This document shows, one piece after another, positions 26,701 to 40,509 of a DNA stretch of 64,000 bases. The stretch is from Balanoglossus misakiensis (taxonomy: Eukaryota > Animalia > Hemichordata), in NCBI GenBank assembly GCA_040954595.2, contig CM082585.2:9038464-9102463 (forward strand), in the 5' to 3' direction. The translations under genes were made by a program, and so were the position numbers. The notes beneath the pieces were generated by a model. It saw nothing but the letters and a program-made list of their open reading frames with translations. It did not search any database and had not been told where the DNA came from. Within the stretch, counting starts at the first letter, position 1, and each line of letters opens with the position of its first letter.

Positions 26701-29700
26701 GTTTCCATTGATCATCCGTCGACTAAGAAATCGTTTCCTCTATAACTAGTATTTTATACATTAGTATTTTGTTTAATACATGATGGTGCGCGTCTTCCTA
26801 TTTCCCTCAATTTCCTGTAAGAATGGGCGCGCCGTCGCTGTCCACAGCCCGCTTGCTGACGGGGCTTTTGTTCTGCCCGTTCCGACGAGCCGCTGAAAGC
26901 CTTTCGGCACAAAGAAACACGTCATACATAATTCATAAGTGTTGCTCCGATTGTGTTGTTACACAGCCAATATTAAACGTTGTTAAAGCTAGTCTGGGTT
27001 GGGAGCATCGCTTGCAAAGCGAGTCTACGAATGAGAGAGGGAGAGAGCGCAGCCAATCCCGTACGCTCCGCCCGACCGTGATCATACACCACCCCGGCCC
27101 ACTGAACTCCAGTAGACTATATCTTCTCAGTCAAGTATCACCTCACAGCCAGCTCCGTACCGAACTGGATTCCTTGAGCTAACTTTCCATCTCCTGAATT
27201 ATTGCCCCTAGAGTGTGGTGCAAATTTAATTTATAATACATTAATACGCACAACACTTGTACGAAGCCTTTATTGGCATATTAGTAGGATTGCATTGGTG
27301 TATGTCAACACTTACATCATGTAAAGTCTCTCTCGTCAATGCCCCGATTTTTTTTACAACATGAGACGAAACGCATGTTTTCATCCTTTAATCCATTGGT
27401 TGGATCTGCCTCCAAAACACTGTACCTCCCTCCATTGGCCAAAATTGCCTATAACGCCATTTTAAACTATTTATGAGGCTATGGCATAATTCGAGACATT
27501 CTGTCGGCCACGGCTGTTTCGGCTTGTTTCTAACATTGAACTTGAACATCAGCAGTAGCTGCAGGCAGTGTCTTGCCGACGAGCGGGGACGCTCTAGCCT
27601 GCAGGCAACGTCCTGTGTAATCAGAATTATGTTTTCTAATATATAAAAAAATCATCAAATGCCTTAAGGGTATCCGACGCGACTAAATGGGTATGGGGGT
27701 CAAATTCAACGTCTGAAGCCAGCTTCAAGGCCGAGGCAATTAGTGTAATGTACTTTGCCGAGCTCAGGAGCTCGGTGGTGATGACCGCGCGGACTCTTGG
27801 CAAATTTAACAAAAATCGAATTATAAATAAGCGATTACAGCTAGAAAATAAGAGCGCAAAACTACGTGACCACGTTAAATGCAAACAGGTGTCAGTGTCA
27901 CATTATGAATATGGGATATAGGATCTGTGACTGAATGGCTGAGTGGATGAAGAAGGGGGTAAATTATACAAAAAGGTAAAAAAAATCCGGGATATCATCA
28001 AATGATTAAATATTAAAATTAAACTATCTTAAACAAAGGAAAATCGAATCACTGGCAAATCAGCCGAAAAAATTAATCAAGGAGATCATCAAGCGTAAAA
28101 TCGGCCTTGATAGTTGACTATGGCGGGAGACACAACGAAAACACTGCTATATATTTAATAACCAGCCAATTAAATTTAACGCGTCGCAAACGGCAAGCAG
28201 GACCGTATGATGGAAAGTTAAATACAATGCATTCATTTCAATGATGAGCTCACAAATAGACAGATAGATAGAAAGATAGATTGATGGATGAAGAGAATAA
28301 ACAAAATGTTTAAAAACATGTTTTTTATAAAAAAATGTTTAAAAACATGTATTATCGTGTCGTCACACTCCTTTAAAGCGAATGGCAAAAATAACAATTC
28401 CCTCGGAATGGGGCTAAGAAGCGATTCACATTTTCTAAGATCACGTGGGTGTGTCCGCCAAAAATATTCACCATAATTTGAGACCCGATTATCCGGTCCT
28501 GAATGTCAAGTCCGTTGGCCATAAACATTTACATCCTGTCACCGTGGTAACACAGTGGGAAAATGATGGCATCTCAGATTTTCGCGTACAGAATCATGGT
28601 CAGACGACAGAACTGTGTAAATGTTTTGATCAGTATTTTTATAGGGCCCACAGTGAGATCAACAGACTCACCCCGCCGAGTCGTGCTTTTGAATAGCGAA
28701 ATCAGCCAATGTCAAGGTAAAAATAGCACAAAGTTTGCCATCGTCGCCATGGATGCAACGCGGAAGTTTTGAACACAACGAATGACATGTGACATTGGGC
28801 CGACACTTAGAGGAACTTTTCGATCAAAATCTATTAAAATCAAGATGCTTTTGGAATTGATCGTGGCAAACGTTAATTGATTAATCTTGCATTTTGACAT
28901 CTAATTTAAGTGAAAATGGGGGATATAATGGCAGCGATACGTTCAAGTGAGAAGCCGAAATTTTGTTGACAAATCTTGCCTTCATCGAGGTACCTTTTTA
29001 TTTAGAACCATCCAATGGGGGAAAAATACGAAATTTCACAGAGAGTGGGGCTTTAAATGTATTCGCACGAACTCACGCAGAAGATCGCGCGTATCTAGGC
29101 AACGCAGTTTGCTCTCCGGAATCCGGTGGTCTATAGAACCGGTCGCCCTGTCCGGCGAAACCCCTCTTTTTTATGTCGAGTGGCCCCTGTCGCCTTTGTT
29201 CACCAGACCAACGCCCGTCGACGTTCAAGCTCTCACGGTCACGACACCAAACCGACGTGACTGGTGGCGACTCGCGCCGGGTCCCCCCTTGCGCGACAAC
29301 CACCTGTAAATCCCGGTCTCTTCACGTGGCGCGAAGAACGCGATGATTGACTTAGCCGTTCCCCGGCGTTGTATACAGTTTCACTCCGACGGGACACACC
29401 TCGCCGCGTGCCGCGGGAAAGTGGCGGCAATTAACGAGGCCCGGCCGACTCTACGAGACTGGGGCAGATCTGATAAAGCGACTCCCAAGAAGAAGGAGGA
29501 GATTTGAAACAAAGAGTATATTGGATTACGTATATCATATAATAAAGCAAATCGAACACTCAGGACATGAGCTGCGGACACGTGGCTGGAGCTGTCATTA
29601 TGAAGGCGGTGAAATCCCGGATGTATTGAAATTGTCTGGAGTCCCCCCTAGGGCATGTTCTGCTTATCGCTACTTGTAGACACTCTCCGTGTCCCGACCA

Positions 29701-32351
29701 ACCACACTGTTATCTCGAGATCTAAGATGGCGCGAAGCAACGACGCAATGAGAAGAGATCGGTTCGCGGGAAAATTCCCACAAGAGGGTCGTTTTGGGAG
29801 ACTTGGAACTGTTATTATCAGATTTCGGGATTTTGGGAGGGGTCTTTTCTCTTGTAACCATGGGAGAAAGCTGTGGGTAGCTTTTACGATGTACCGTTTG
29901 AGTTTGCCAGACATCCAGTGACGAGAACGCATATCATTCCTGCGGGCAGCTCGATCATGAATAGCACCCTTTTGCTGAAAATTGTTGGTGTTTATAGAAA
30001 GCAACGGCATTGGTTGAACCCTCGGTCACGTGGTGTCCCGTGTTTACTGACTTTGTAGGTTTCCGTCGCTTTTGGAGTGTATCAATTTTCATGCATGAAA
30101 TGGTGAGCAAGCTTGTACGGGTTTATGGCTGTTTGTTGGCGTGTTCATAGCCAGCGGCGTGTACACAAAAACTTTTTTTTCTGGGAGCGAGTCGAGTGAC
30201 GGGATTTCCCATGATTCATTGCCCTCTTTCTGCGTTATCACGTGGTAGTGTGTCGGCCAATGGCAATGTTAATCTCCCGAATCTGGCGAATTGATGAATA
30301 TTTCGCCACTCGTCATCACAAGTTCCTGTCTTTCGAAACATTTACCAACTACTGACAAAAACTTTTGTTGTCCCGTTAGACAATATACGTCATTCGAGTC
30401 AGTTAATAATGTCATAATGTGCGATAGTGTGCATGATCGTCTGACGAGTTAAATGTCGAAACACATAATGAGCAGGATCAGCAAATGGTGAATCTAATGA
30501 ACGGGGGATTTTCTCTGTTGGCTGGGGAGAGATTCACCAACAAACCCGCTTTGACGCAAGACCCCGAGTGGTGTTCGTATAAGATCGAATTCGCGTGCAG
30601 CCGAAAAAGTGTTTTGTTGACGGAATAAGGGGCCAGAATCGTGCCGTCGGTATTTTCACATTGTTCGCTTTGTGAAGCAATTTCTACCCGATTTCACCCC
30701 CAAAAAACCGTCGGCGCTTTCGATTGCCGCCACACGTTCGGAGTTTAATCCCCCCCATTCCTGGGTCTCCTTCGCTTTTCTCTCTCTCGCCCTTCTCTCT
30801 CCCCCTCCTCGCGCGCCTCGTCTCCCTTCATCCGAGATCCCGCATTGTGGAGACGAAATTGTACCGGGCATTGTTCGCATTGTTTGCCGACAAAAGCGAT
30901 ACTTTGCCGAAACAACGATGGTGCCGCGCACTATTTGGACCCAACACGGATCTGTTTAATCACAAGTCGCGCATTCTTGTCTGCCCTCTCTGTTTTATGG
31001 CTCTCGTCTTGTTCTCCGCTCGACAGATAACCATCGTGGGAAACCCCGTTCCCGCCACCGCAGTAAAACTAATGAACCCATCGGGTGGACAGGTAACCAC
31101 CGCAGAGGCCGTGCGATTTACATACATCTCCGGGCAATACACGAGGCAAACAAAACATTGATGAGACTGGAAAATTTATCACAATAGCGGAAAATTGTAT
31201 TTGAACATACAAATCTGCAGCTCGCGTCGTCTAGCTGCACTGCCCCACCGCGCTCTCTCGAAGTCCCTCATCATCTAGGCATCGTGAAAAACTTTTTTCG
31301 CAGTCAAATATTTTGTCACTTTTTAATTTTTTTATTTCAGTACCAAATGACATTGCCGGTAATGCGAAGATTAATTTCCCCTGTAATCCCAGTTTTTCAG
31401 TGTAACTGCGCTTTTTTGTCTAAACTTGAACCCACTTTGAAATTTCATTTTGCAAAACTCGACTCGGTAGAACTGCCAGCAAAAAACACACAAAAACGTG
31501 CTTTCTGTGTTTGGGTAGAAGACGAAACAAGACAATTGTGTTTTTTTTTGCGAGTGTACTGTTTTTACGCTTTGTCATGAAGTCGACATTTGCGTCTTGA
31601 CTTTTTCCACGCTGATCAGGCGCAGCGATCGTAAACATCGAAGTCAATCCATTTAGAAAAAGTCGTTTGTCATTTGATGAAGGGAAAATTGTCAAACAAT
31701 ATGCTAGTTGACAACCTCGGGCGATTTTAAAAGCCTGATTGATGGGGTAATGGAATAAGATTGCCATAAACCCGGATATAGAGACCTGGGAACGAGTGAA
31801 GTAGCCCGTGCCTGCCAGGGCTCGGCTGGGCCCGCCCCCCGCCGAGCCAGGCAAATGTAAAACCGTAGATAATGCTCCTTGTCGTCGACTACAAGAAAAC
31901 ATCAAATCGACTTTCGCCGAAAAGTCGCTTTTCCAACCCCTCCGGGCTCTCTGCTCGGCATGTCAAACTCACACGTCACGCTCTCTCTCTGCTCGACGGT
32001 TTGTGTTTGGATGTCACCGGGTCAGATTCGGCGGACCCGGGCCGCCGAGTGATGGACACAGCCTTGTTTTTTTTCTGAAGCGAGGAGTCCCTTTCCCCCG
32101 CTTCGGGTTAATTGGCAACTTGAGCTAGATTGGGTCGTAGACTCGTTACCCGCCGCTGTTTTGATATCAAATACGGCAGAAGATAGGCGTACAACGCGGG
32201 GCGTGTAGAAATCTCCACAATCGACACCGAGTCACCAAAAATAAACAAATCATCCGGGGCCCCTTTAAAACTCTAACCACTGACAGCCGCATTGAGGAGT
32301 TGAGTACAAACACGTGTTATGTACAGACGATACTCGGCCATCTTGACAGGT

Positions 32352-32460
32352 AGAGGAGGAGAGGGAGAGAGACAGGGAGAGGGAGAGAGAGACAGCAACC
32401 GAGACAGACAGACAGACAGACATAGAGACAGATAGATCGAGAGAGTGAGTGAGAGAGAGA
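32352..32460. repeat. GA/GACA-rich simple repeat
   Basis: gagagggagagagacag...(GACA)n...gagagagaga. Confidence 0.85.
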
Positions 32461-35038
32461 TTTTATTAGCCTACATTTTCCTCATTTTCTCTATAACATC
32501 GTGCGCGCTTAGCCTTTGTAGATTGACACCTTTTCGGCATATAAGGGTCGTCTGTAAAAATAATAAAGAATACCGTGATTTTAAATGGTGTCGGGTCGAT
32601 AAGACGCGACTCATAAATGTTCATTGTGTGCCGAATATGTCTTCTGGCAACAGAGTTAACATTTTCATCGTAAAAAAAATTAAATCATCCCTAAAATAGT
32701 ATCGCTTCGGTTCTTGGTTCGAGGACACTTCCGGACGAGGACAGTAGAAGTCACTCTCCGTGTCCACACTTTATTTTTTAAAGCCATTAATTATGACAGT
32801 TTTTCCACAAGTTTGCCTCCATCCATGAAAAAGTCTTTGTCTGTGACGCACTAATACTTGAGATTTCTGGGCAAACGTTCGCATTTACGGGCTTTTATCA
32901 TCTTTAGACTGCGTCAGCCTACAAAACACGGCTATCCCCTAGGGGAAAATTACCCGGCTTATTTATAGTATAGAGTCAATTTTTAAACTTAATCAAAGCG
33001 AAGCTGAAAGCGCCGTGCGTATAGCTCTAAGCTATGCTTTCAAAATACGCTAAGTACTCTAAGCCTCTATAAATGTAACCAACGATATGTGTTTCATGGT
33101 TTAAAACGCCCAGTTTGATGCAGCCGGTGCAGTGAGCATGCGCGTGTGCAGCTCATCAATTCGGAACGACTCCATTTTCAACATCAGAAATATGTCTAAA
33201 CGTAAACTTGGAGGAAAAGGGTGGAGATAGAATGTTATTGAGATCGGTAGTAGAAGTTCAAAGGTAATTTTACTTATTAAAATATGAAGATTGAATTTAG
33301 GACAGTTAGGAGTTCAAAATGATTTTTTTATTTACTGGGAAATGCGATTTCAGTGAGCGGCCCGTGGGAGATATCAAATACCGAGCGGGCTGAGGTGAAA
33401 TTGAAATAGTCAGGGTGCAACGGCCAAAACCGATGAGGAGATTCCCACGGCGGTTAAAACACGTAACAGTATTTTTGTTCCGAAAAATGGGCGAACGGGG
33501 AACAACCCATACCTGTTGTCGGAGCCACCTACTGTCGCTAGAGGTCGCTCTCACCAAGTTGGGCTGACCTGTTGGAGGGGAGATGCCGCGAATAATAAGC
33601 CCCTCGTCTGACTCTGAGGTGTATGTGTAAATAGTATTCGTGTCTAGTTCGTTAATGGGTTAAGTTACTGAAGGGATTCTATTATCAAATCAAAGTGAAT
33701 TTATGAAGAAACCTTACTCCGGCGCACAATGGTCGCTCGGCGATCACAATGACTCCGAGTACAACTTCGCCCCAAGGGCAATTCCCCTTCCCCCCGAAGT
33801 ACAGTGACCTCCATTTCCTGTCACCCTTACGCATCGCTTGGAAGGCAGTATTTTCACAGTAACAAAGCCAGCGATATCTGTGAGTCTAACACGCCACACA
33901 AATGATGTTTTAAAGTGCAGCTCTGTAACGAGAAAAAAAGTCATCTCGTCACATAAAAACGTAACCCAATTCACGAGTTTTCGCACAATAGATATATCTT
34001 AGGCTCACATGATACATACAGAAGTGCGTGCAATGGCGTTTTGGGTTCGCCTGATAACTAATAGATCGCGGAATTGAAATTGTAAAAAAATATCGCCGCT
34101 ATATTCGGCAAGACATCTTGGCAGCTGTTCATACCGAAGTCAACAGGTAAAAAATGGGGGCTTCGGGAGCGCAGTGGCGCGCAGTTGCCTGGAAACGCGA
34201 ACGCGGAAGAAGGAACCCCCACCCTTCTTATGCCATCGCTGACCTGAATCGCTGTTTACGAACTGTGGTTAAATTTGAATGATTCGTTGACAAGAGACTC
34301 TCGAAGGTCTTGATTTACAACATCGAAAAACTTTGCTTTGTTTGCAAGTCGAGAGATCCTCAGAATAGCACAATTGCTATTTGTAACCACCCCTCAACCC
34401 GAGTGCTTGGTCTGGATTCCGACAAGTTGATTCCGACAGCACTCGTGCGAAAAACAAGGAAGTTTGTTTTTCTTCTGGATGGAGCAGGAAGGACTGCCCT
34501 GTCGCTGTTAGATTTCCTTGTGCAAAAAGCGTTCATGTATATAACAAGAACCGCACCTGTCTATGTTCAAGGGGTGTTCGTGTGGCTCTATTGATTTCAA
34601 AGACGAGTTTCGGAACGTGAGTTCCACCACGATTCAAGAAGCATTTCTTGTTTGTTTTCGCTCCCCGCCGGACGCCAGATGGTTCGGGCCGACTGGGTTG
34701 TAGATCTGTCCCGCCGCATCGGTGTTCTAAAAATACCGCGGACTGTTGTATTTCAATCTTGTTTGGACGACAAGTACTTGTATTACGGCTGACCGCCGCA
34801 TGGGTTCCAATACGACCCCCTCTAGTCACTCGTGTTTTTGCATCTGGTTTCTTTCAACTTTGAACAGGTGGTTATTGAGTCGTTCATGAAATGCGTTGAC
34901 GTTACCCCCAGCGAACTCTCACAGCGGTATCCATTTCTCGGCACCAGGACACGGAATTAGAGTTGAGAAATTTAGCACCTGCAGTCAAAACGTTTTCTCG
35001 CTTTGATAATTCAGAAACTCACGAACACTTCATACTAG

Positions 35039-35056
35039 TCTCTCTCTCTCTCTTTT

Positions 35057-35121
<65 letters not shown>

Positions 35122-35150
35122 GTGTCTGTCTCTCTCTCCGTCTCTCTTTC
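35039..35150. repeat. (CT)n/(GTCT)n compound microsatellite
   Basis: About 15 GTCT units flanked by CT runs. Confidence 0.95.
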
Positions 35151-37457
35151 CCCTCCTTGCCCCCCCCGGGTACAAAACTTACTTGCGATAGACCCGAATG
35201 TCCTAGGCCAAATTACGCCCTCTATGGTCACATTCCGTATGCTTTTCAATTTACTTTTATTACAATATGTAACCTTTTAAGTATTTTAATTTAACTGTCC
35301 GCTTAGGTGACTTCGTAAACGTCCCGAGGCCGCCATTTTACAGCAGGAACGTGTTAATACAGAGCGCCAACTCCGCGTTGTATGAGCGGATGCCACCTTG
35401 TCAGTGATGGCCGCGACTAAGCGCTCGCAAAGGCGCAAAAATGGCGCTCATATTTTTTTGGACAATCTTCTTGGCTTTCCGGACGAATCTCGGGGATGAA
35501 AAGTGCATCAATTGGCTACCTGGCGACAGTACACTTGGGAAGCAGCGGGAACGCAACGACTGATTATAGGCTAGACGGTGTGGGCTTTCATCGTGCGCAG
35601 TTGGTTCCAAATTGAATCTTCTTGAGAACTCCCCGTGAATTCAATTTTGTGATTGTCCGCCGAGCGCCCGGCACTGCCCTGTTTGAGATGTACGCTCCGT
35701 TGCAGGTTCTTTAATGAGAAAGCAACACACAATATTATCTGCCGTAAAAACGGTTCAATTTCCCCCTATTCAGGAACGGCAATTAATTCCATGGATGTGT
35801 CATCTAAAAGGCGCGTTTTATTGGCATCAATGCGGTTTTTTTTAGTGCGCGCTGTTTGCTTCTTCATCGCTTGTCGCTTTCAAATTGAAGCCGGTCTCGC
35901 CCCGGAGAAGATGCTCAATATACCCCGGGATAAGAAAAAAAATTCAATTTAACGGCGGGGCGAGTAAAATAGCCGCATCAGTATACTGTGCAATTACGCG
36001 ATTTCAAAGTCATAATCACAGGGATTTAAATAAATAGGAGATATGTTCGCGCATCCAGATCAATCAATTACAGAGGGTAAATAAACGTTTGTGAAATGGA
36101 GGGAGAGAGAGATTGTGATTGCTGCGGTTGCCAGCAAACAATCGACTATCTTCTTTGTATCTTTCGTTTGTTCATTTCCTTATTTGCCGCTGCCGGCCTT
36201 GTCTGTTTCATGTCTTCTTTTCCACGCTAATAGCTTAAACGTGATTTAGTAACAAATTGGGGACAGACCATTTATCTGACGCGTCTGAAGAGGATAAAGC
36301 ATTGGAGAGAAAAAAGAGAAAAAGGTGACAAGAAAGAAGAATTTGACGTATTTTAATATCTACAGAGATGTCAAAAAAAATTGTATGACCCAGTAGCTGG
36401 GGTTTTAAACACCAACCTTCGGCCACGAAAGTGTTCAGGCCTTGCTTTTTTTCAATGCCTACTGTTTCTAAAACCGAAGACAATCACTTTAACCGACAAA
36501 TTGCTTGTCGCCGGAAGACAGAAGACATCTTTCTTGAATTGTACGCATTAAATGTCTCTTTGACGGAGGCAATTGATAGATGATGGGTTTTAATCCATCG
36601 CGCGCGATCGATCCCAGGTCGCTGGCCCCCGATAAGCGGGACCGCTCGTTCTATTAAACCCCAAGAGTCTTTCTTCTCCGCGCAGAAGCCGCTAATCAAA
36701 GTTGCCGACTCGGCTTTCAAAGAAATCTAAAGTTCTTTTCTCTTTTATATTTTAATGAAATCGGATTTTATATTGATTATGTTGGAGATGAATCGTCCTT
36801 CAAATTTCATCGAAAGATAACCGTTGACCCGAAGAATTAGACAAGATATCTGAAATTATATTTTTTTCGCGGAAATTCCCCCAAGTATAGACTTTCCTGA
36901 CTGGGTGTCCGCACCTCGTATACAGGGGCGATGTGGGCCTAATAGGCGGCTATGACGGTGACATTACAATTACCCAGACAATCAATTAGATTTCCTATTT
37001 ATCGCGTTAGCGTACTACAGTAACAACCGCGGGGAATGACAAAATGGAAGACCAGTCCATCATCATCCATCATACACGCCAGACCCTGATTGATGATGCA
37101 GAGACAAAAATTAAACGATGGATACAAGCCCCCTTTGTCTCTTTGAAAATTGCCCTTTGGGACGGTACAGGGAAAGCAATAATGATGATATCGGCGCGAG
37201 ATCGTTGCCTTGTCACCTGGAGAGTTCCGTGAAATTCAATAGCGGTTGAATATAATCTTGTTTGGAGAAGAAACGGAGATAAACCGTTGAACTAAATGCG
37301 GAGTAATCCTTTGTTATTGTCGGTTTAGCCTCGCTGTATACTTTACGGTGATTAATATTCAGTCTTCTCTAAGCTGTGTTGTGTTTTCCAATCGGCCAAT
37401 TTTATTGTCTTTTTCTGCGCCTACACTGAGACGTTTATTTACCTGTTTGCCTGCGAG

Positions 37458-37528
37458 CCCCCCTCTCTCTCTGTCTCTCTCTGTCTCTCCCCCCTCTCTC
37501 TCTTTCACCTCTCTCTCTCTCTCTCCCC
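37458..37528. repeat. CT-rich simple repeat
   Basis: Polypyrimidine (CT)n runs. Confidence 0.8.
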
Positions 37529-40509
37529 ATGGAGTGCCGCGTCAATGTTTCGTGGAAGGATGAGCGGGGGGGGGGGTGGTCGGCCGCCTCGATATTCTCC
37601 CAACACACCTGAACTCATTTAATCGCCTTTATTTCACTACAGGCTGACTTTTACTGCGCAGAAAATGGCGGGAAACTGACAAAAGAATGATGAAATTTTT
37701 CACGACGGGCGTGATGACACACACACACACATCACACACTTCTTTCGTCAGACCAATATCCAGCTTGGATAATAAAGGAAGATTTCCTCATTTCATCCTC
37801 CGCTCGTAAATATTTAAGTGCATAAAATACACCCATAAAACCTGTGCCTAATGATCTTCGCTTAGTGACAGGGGTCAGGGGTCACCCCGTGTCTTTTAAA
37901 TCAAGTGCGGGGAGCCAGGTCAGTCAACTAACATCAGCTTAAATAACGAGTTCTTTATCTACCGAGGGGAGACTCCAGTAATTACCCAGCGTTTGGAAAC
38001 GTTGAAATGTGGTCTTCATTGTGCTAAGGTCACCCTCGGGGTTCACAATTCACAGATCATCGCCATAGGTGGGTCGTATTAAAATTGGTTAATATAGAAT
38101 ACCTGGTGAAATATGGCTCAAAAACCTATCCCAAACTACATGCAGTCTCTCTCTCAAAAAAAAACTTTATGGAGTGATGTATTTTGCGAGCGTTGATGAT
38201 GTCAGCTAGAGCTTGATTGCCGCTGTCTGAAATAGACAAAAAAGATGATCTGATAAATTGGTTCCATAAGGCGGCTGGTTACGAGGAGTTACAATTTCAC
38301 CACAGCATGTCAATTGCATTTGAATGTGTCTATTTCCAATGGCGGAGCACTATTTGATGAAGTAGAGTATATACGATTGGCGAGTGGTTGGATCTCATTG
38401 ATGAGTTTAGCTGAAAACACAAAACAATACACCACACTGCAGGCAGCAAAGTTAACAGAACAATATGTGGATGTGTAGACCTCTGGCAAAAAGACCAGGA
38501 AATGTTGTCAGGCGTAGTTTGTCCGTGTATCTGGGACAATCCAGAAGCAAATACCCCCTGTGCTATCACTGATATCTAAGAGATACTTGTACCAGCTGAT
38601 GACATCTGCCGAAAAGACAAGTTTGTCTTCCGCAACCCCAAATCATACAAATTCATCACTGGCACGTTGATCTTCCAAATCCATCGCCACACCCTGCGTG
38701 TGCAGATGCCTTGACCTTGGAACTCAGTTGCCACACACGGGAGATGACTTCCGCATTTCTGAAGTTAAACCTAACTTCGACCAAACACAATATTAGCATA
38801 CAATTCGCCGCTATACCAAAGTCTAGAACAAACTTCCTGATTCTATGAAAGGCGTATCTGAAAGAATCAAACTCAAGCGCCGTTTAAAAAGAGTGATTAC
38901 TTGATCATTGACACTACCTTGTCTACTGGTGTATAATTTATTAGTTTTAAATCGAGTACCTTGTTTACTTTTCTTGATATTTGAGTCGTTTCTTTTTAAC
39001 ATCAACACAGATGTTCACTGCGGATGAACTATTTTGTGGCGTTTAAAACACTTCGATATGCCAGAAGAAATTTTAGATTTTTATCTATTTAATCCCATTC
39101 CTTTAATAGTAGCCACGACAACAGGACCACTATGATAGCGTTCCAAGATGGCGTCTTTGTCTCTGTAATTAGTTGGAATTATGCCGGTTATCAATCGAGT
39201 ATAAAAAAATCCCAATTGTTGTAAAAACGGCCTTCGATTTTTACCTTCATACCTGAAACGTAGAAAAAAATCGCGTTTGGTCGCTCCGTCGTCACGGCAA
39301 CACGACTGCGGAATATCAAAAGATTGGTTTAGACACCGGCGCGGCACGGTGAATGCATGCATTGTCACTGCACTGAAGGCAACGAATGAGTACAATTTCC
39401 TCGTTGTTTAATCAAATTTTCACTCCGCTCGGCTGCTCAACACAGCAGCATAGACCATTCATCGTTCCAGTCTACTTGTCTCTGTAAAGTGTGGTAGGTT
39501 TCGCGTAATCATCGCTTTCCAAGCCAAAGTTCAAGGGACGGTATAGCTGGAACGTTTAGCTATTTTGTCAGTAGTTTTTCTACGTAACCGTTGCACTTCC
39601 TTGTTCTACTTAATACATCATGATGCCTGGACGTCTATTGTTCTGCTTGTCAACGCAGCTTATTAATGTGTAACGACCATGGCAATGATGACTGTTCACA
39701 ATCGGAGGTTTTTGATAAATACTTGGCATTTCAGTGCGTGGTAAGAGGGTGGAACTAAACACGAGTTAATACACACACAACTTGGCAAATATATGAAAAC
39801 AACTTGTACACCTGGTGAAGTTATAAACTGTTCAAGTCGGTAAAAAAAAGAAAAATGCGTGGTACACGCGTTCTCTGCTGCGAAATGTACGCGAGGTACG
39901 TGCGCGCTCTGCTGTGAAATGTACACCGAAACACGTGCGCGGCGAGCAGTAAAGTCGCGCGGACAGACGGGTGAAGGGTCATAAAATTTCTTGTAAATGG
40001 AATATTAAGTACCGCGTCGAGCATATTGCTGGCTCCCCTGGCTCGAATATTGTTCGTTTTTCCTCTGTTAAACCCATCAGTATCTTTAATGATTAATTTC
40101 CAATTGACTTAACCGATGGGCTGCAATTTCCCGGGGACCACTTGCCGACCAAGTAAACAGTTTTATGCTTGTACAAAGTGTCATGGTGTTTGAACGAGAT
40201 GCTGGGGACCTAATCACATTTAACTGAGTTGCCTCAAACCACCTAGTGAGGGCGCTACCGAATTATCAGACAAAATGAAGCAGAAGGCGTAATACGGAAG
40301 CGTCATGTTGAGGTCGCCAGTCTTTCGTGTAGAAATACATGCCGAGGGCGTTGGTGGCGCTGTGGTTGAAAATATTTGCTCAAAGAGATCTCAAAGAAAC
40401 AAAAGTGTATTTTAAATTCACATAAAGGGCGCTTTGTCACGCCTGAACTCTCGTCACGTCACACAGACGTTGTGTTCAAACGATTGCACAAATTCAGTGA
40501 AAAAAACAA

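Noticed and set aside
27563-27585. miR-34/449-like seed GGCAGTGT (also at ~22729); vertebrate CDC20B hosts miR-449
   Set aside because: Only the seed matches. The 3' part (TTAGCTGG) is absent, there is no convincing pre-miRNA hairpin, and I saw none in the CDC20 introns.
33135-33270. GCATGCGC motif, then ATG TCT AAA CGT AAA and a donor-like AAG|GTAATT
   Set aside because: There is an in-frame stop after 12 codons and no downstream exon; it cannot be supported as a gene.
6195-33449. Six CSL/Su(H)-type YGTGGGAA sites (6195, 8417, 10990, 11162, 31035, 33442)
   Set aside because: They are dispersed, with no paired SPS arrangement, and only modestly above a rough chance expectation.
34157-34200. 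GTGGCGCGCAGTTG resembling a Pol III A-box (tRNA or SINE)
   Set aside because: No B-box (GTTCRA) at the proper distance and no cloverleaf.
644-40024. Numerous 60-170 aa ORFs in the supplied track upstream of CDC20
   Set aside because: They show no recognisable domains, many start at non-ATG codons or derive from microsatellites (MYVC, TDRQ), and their lengths are as expected by chance.
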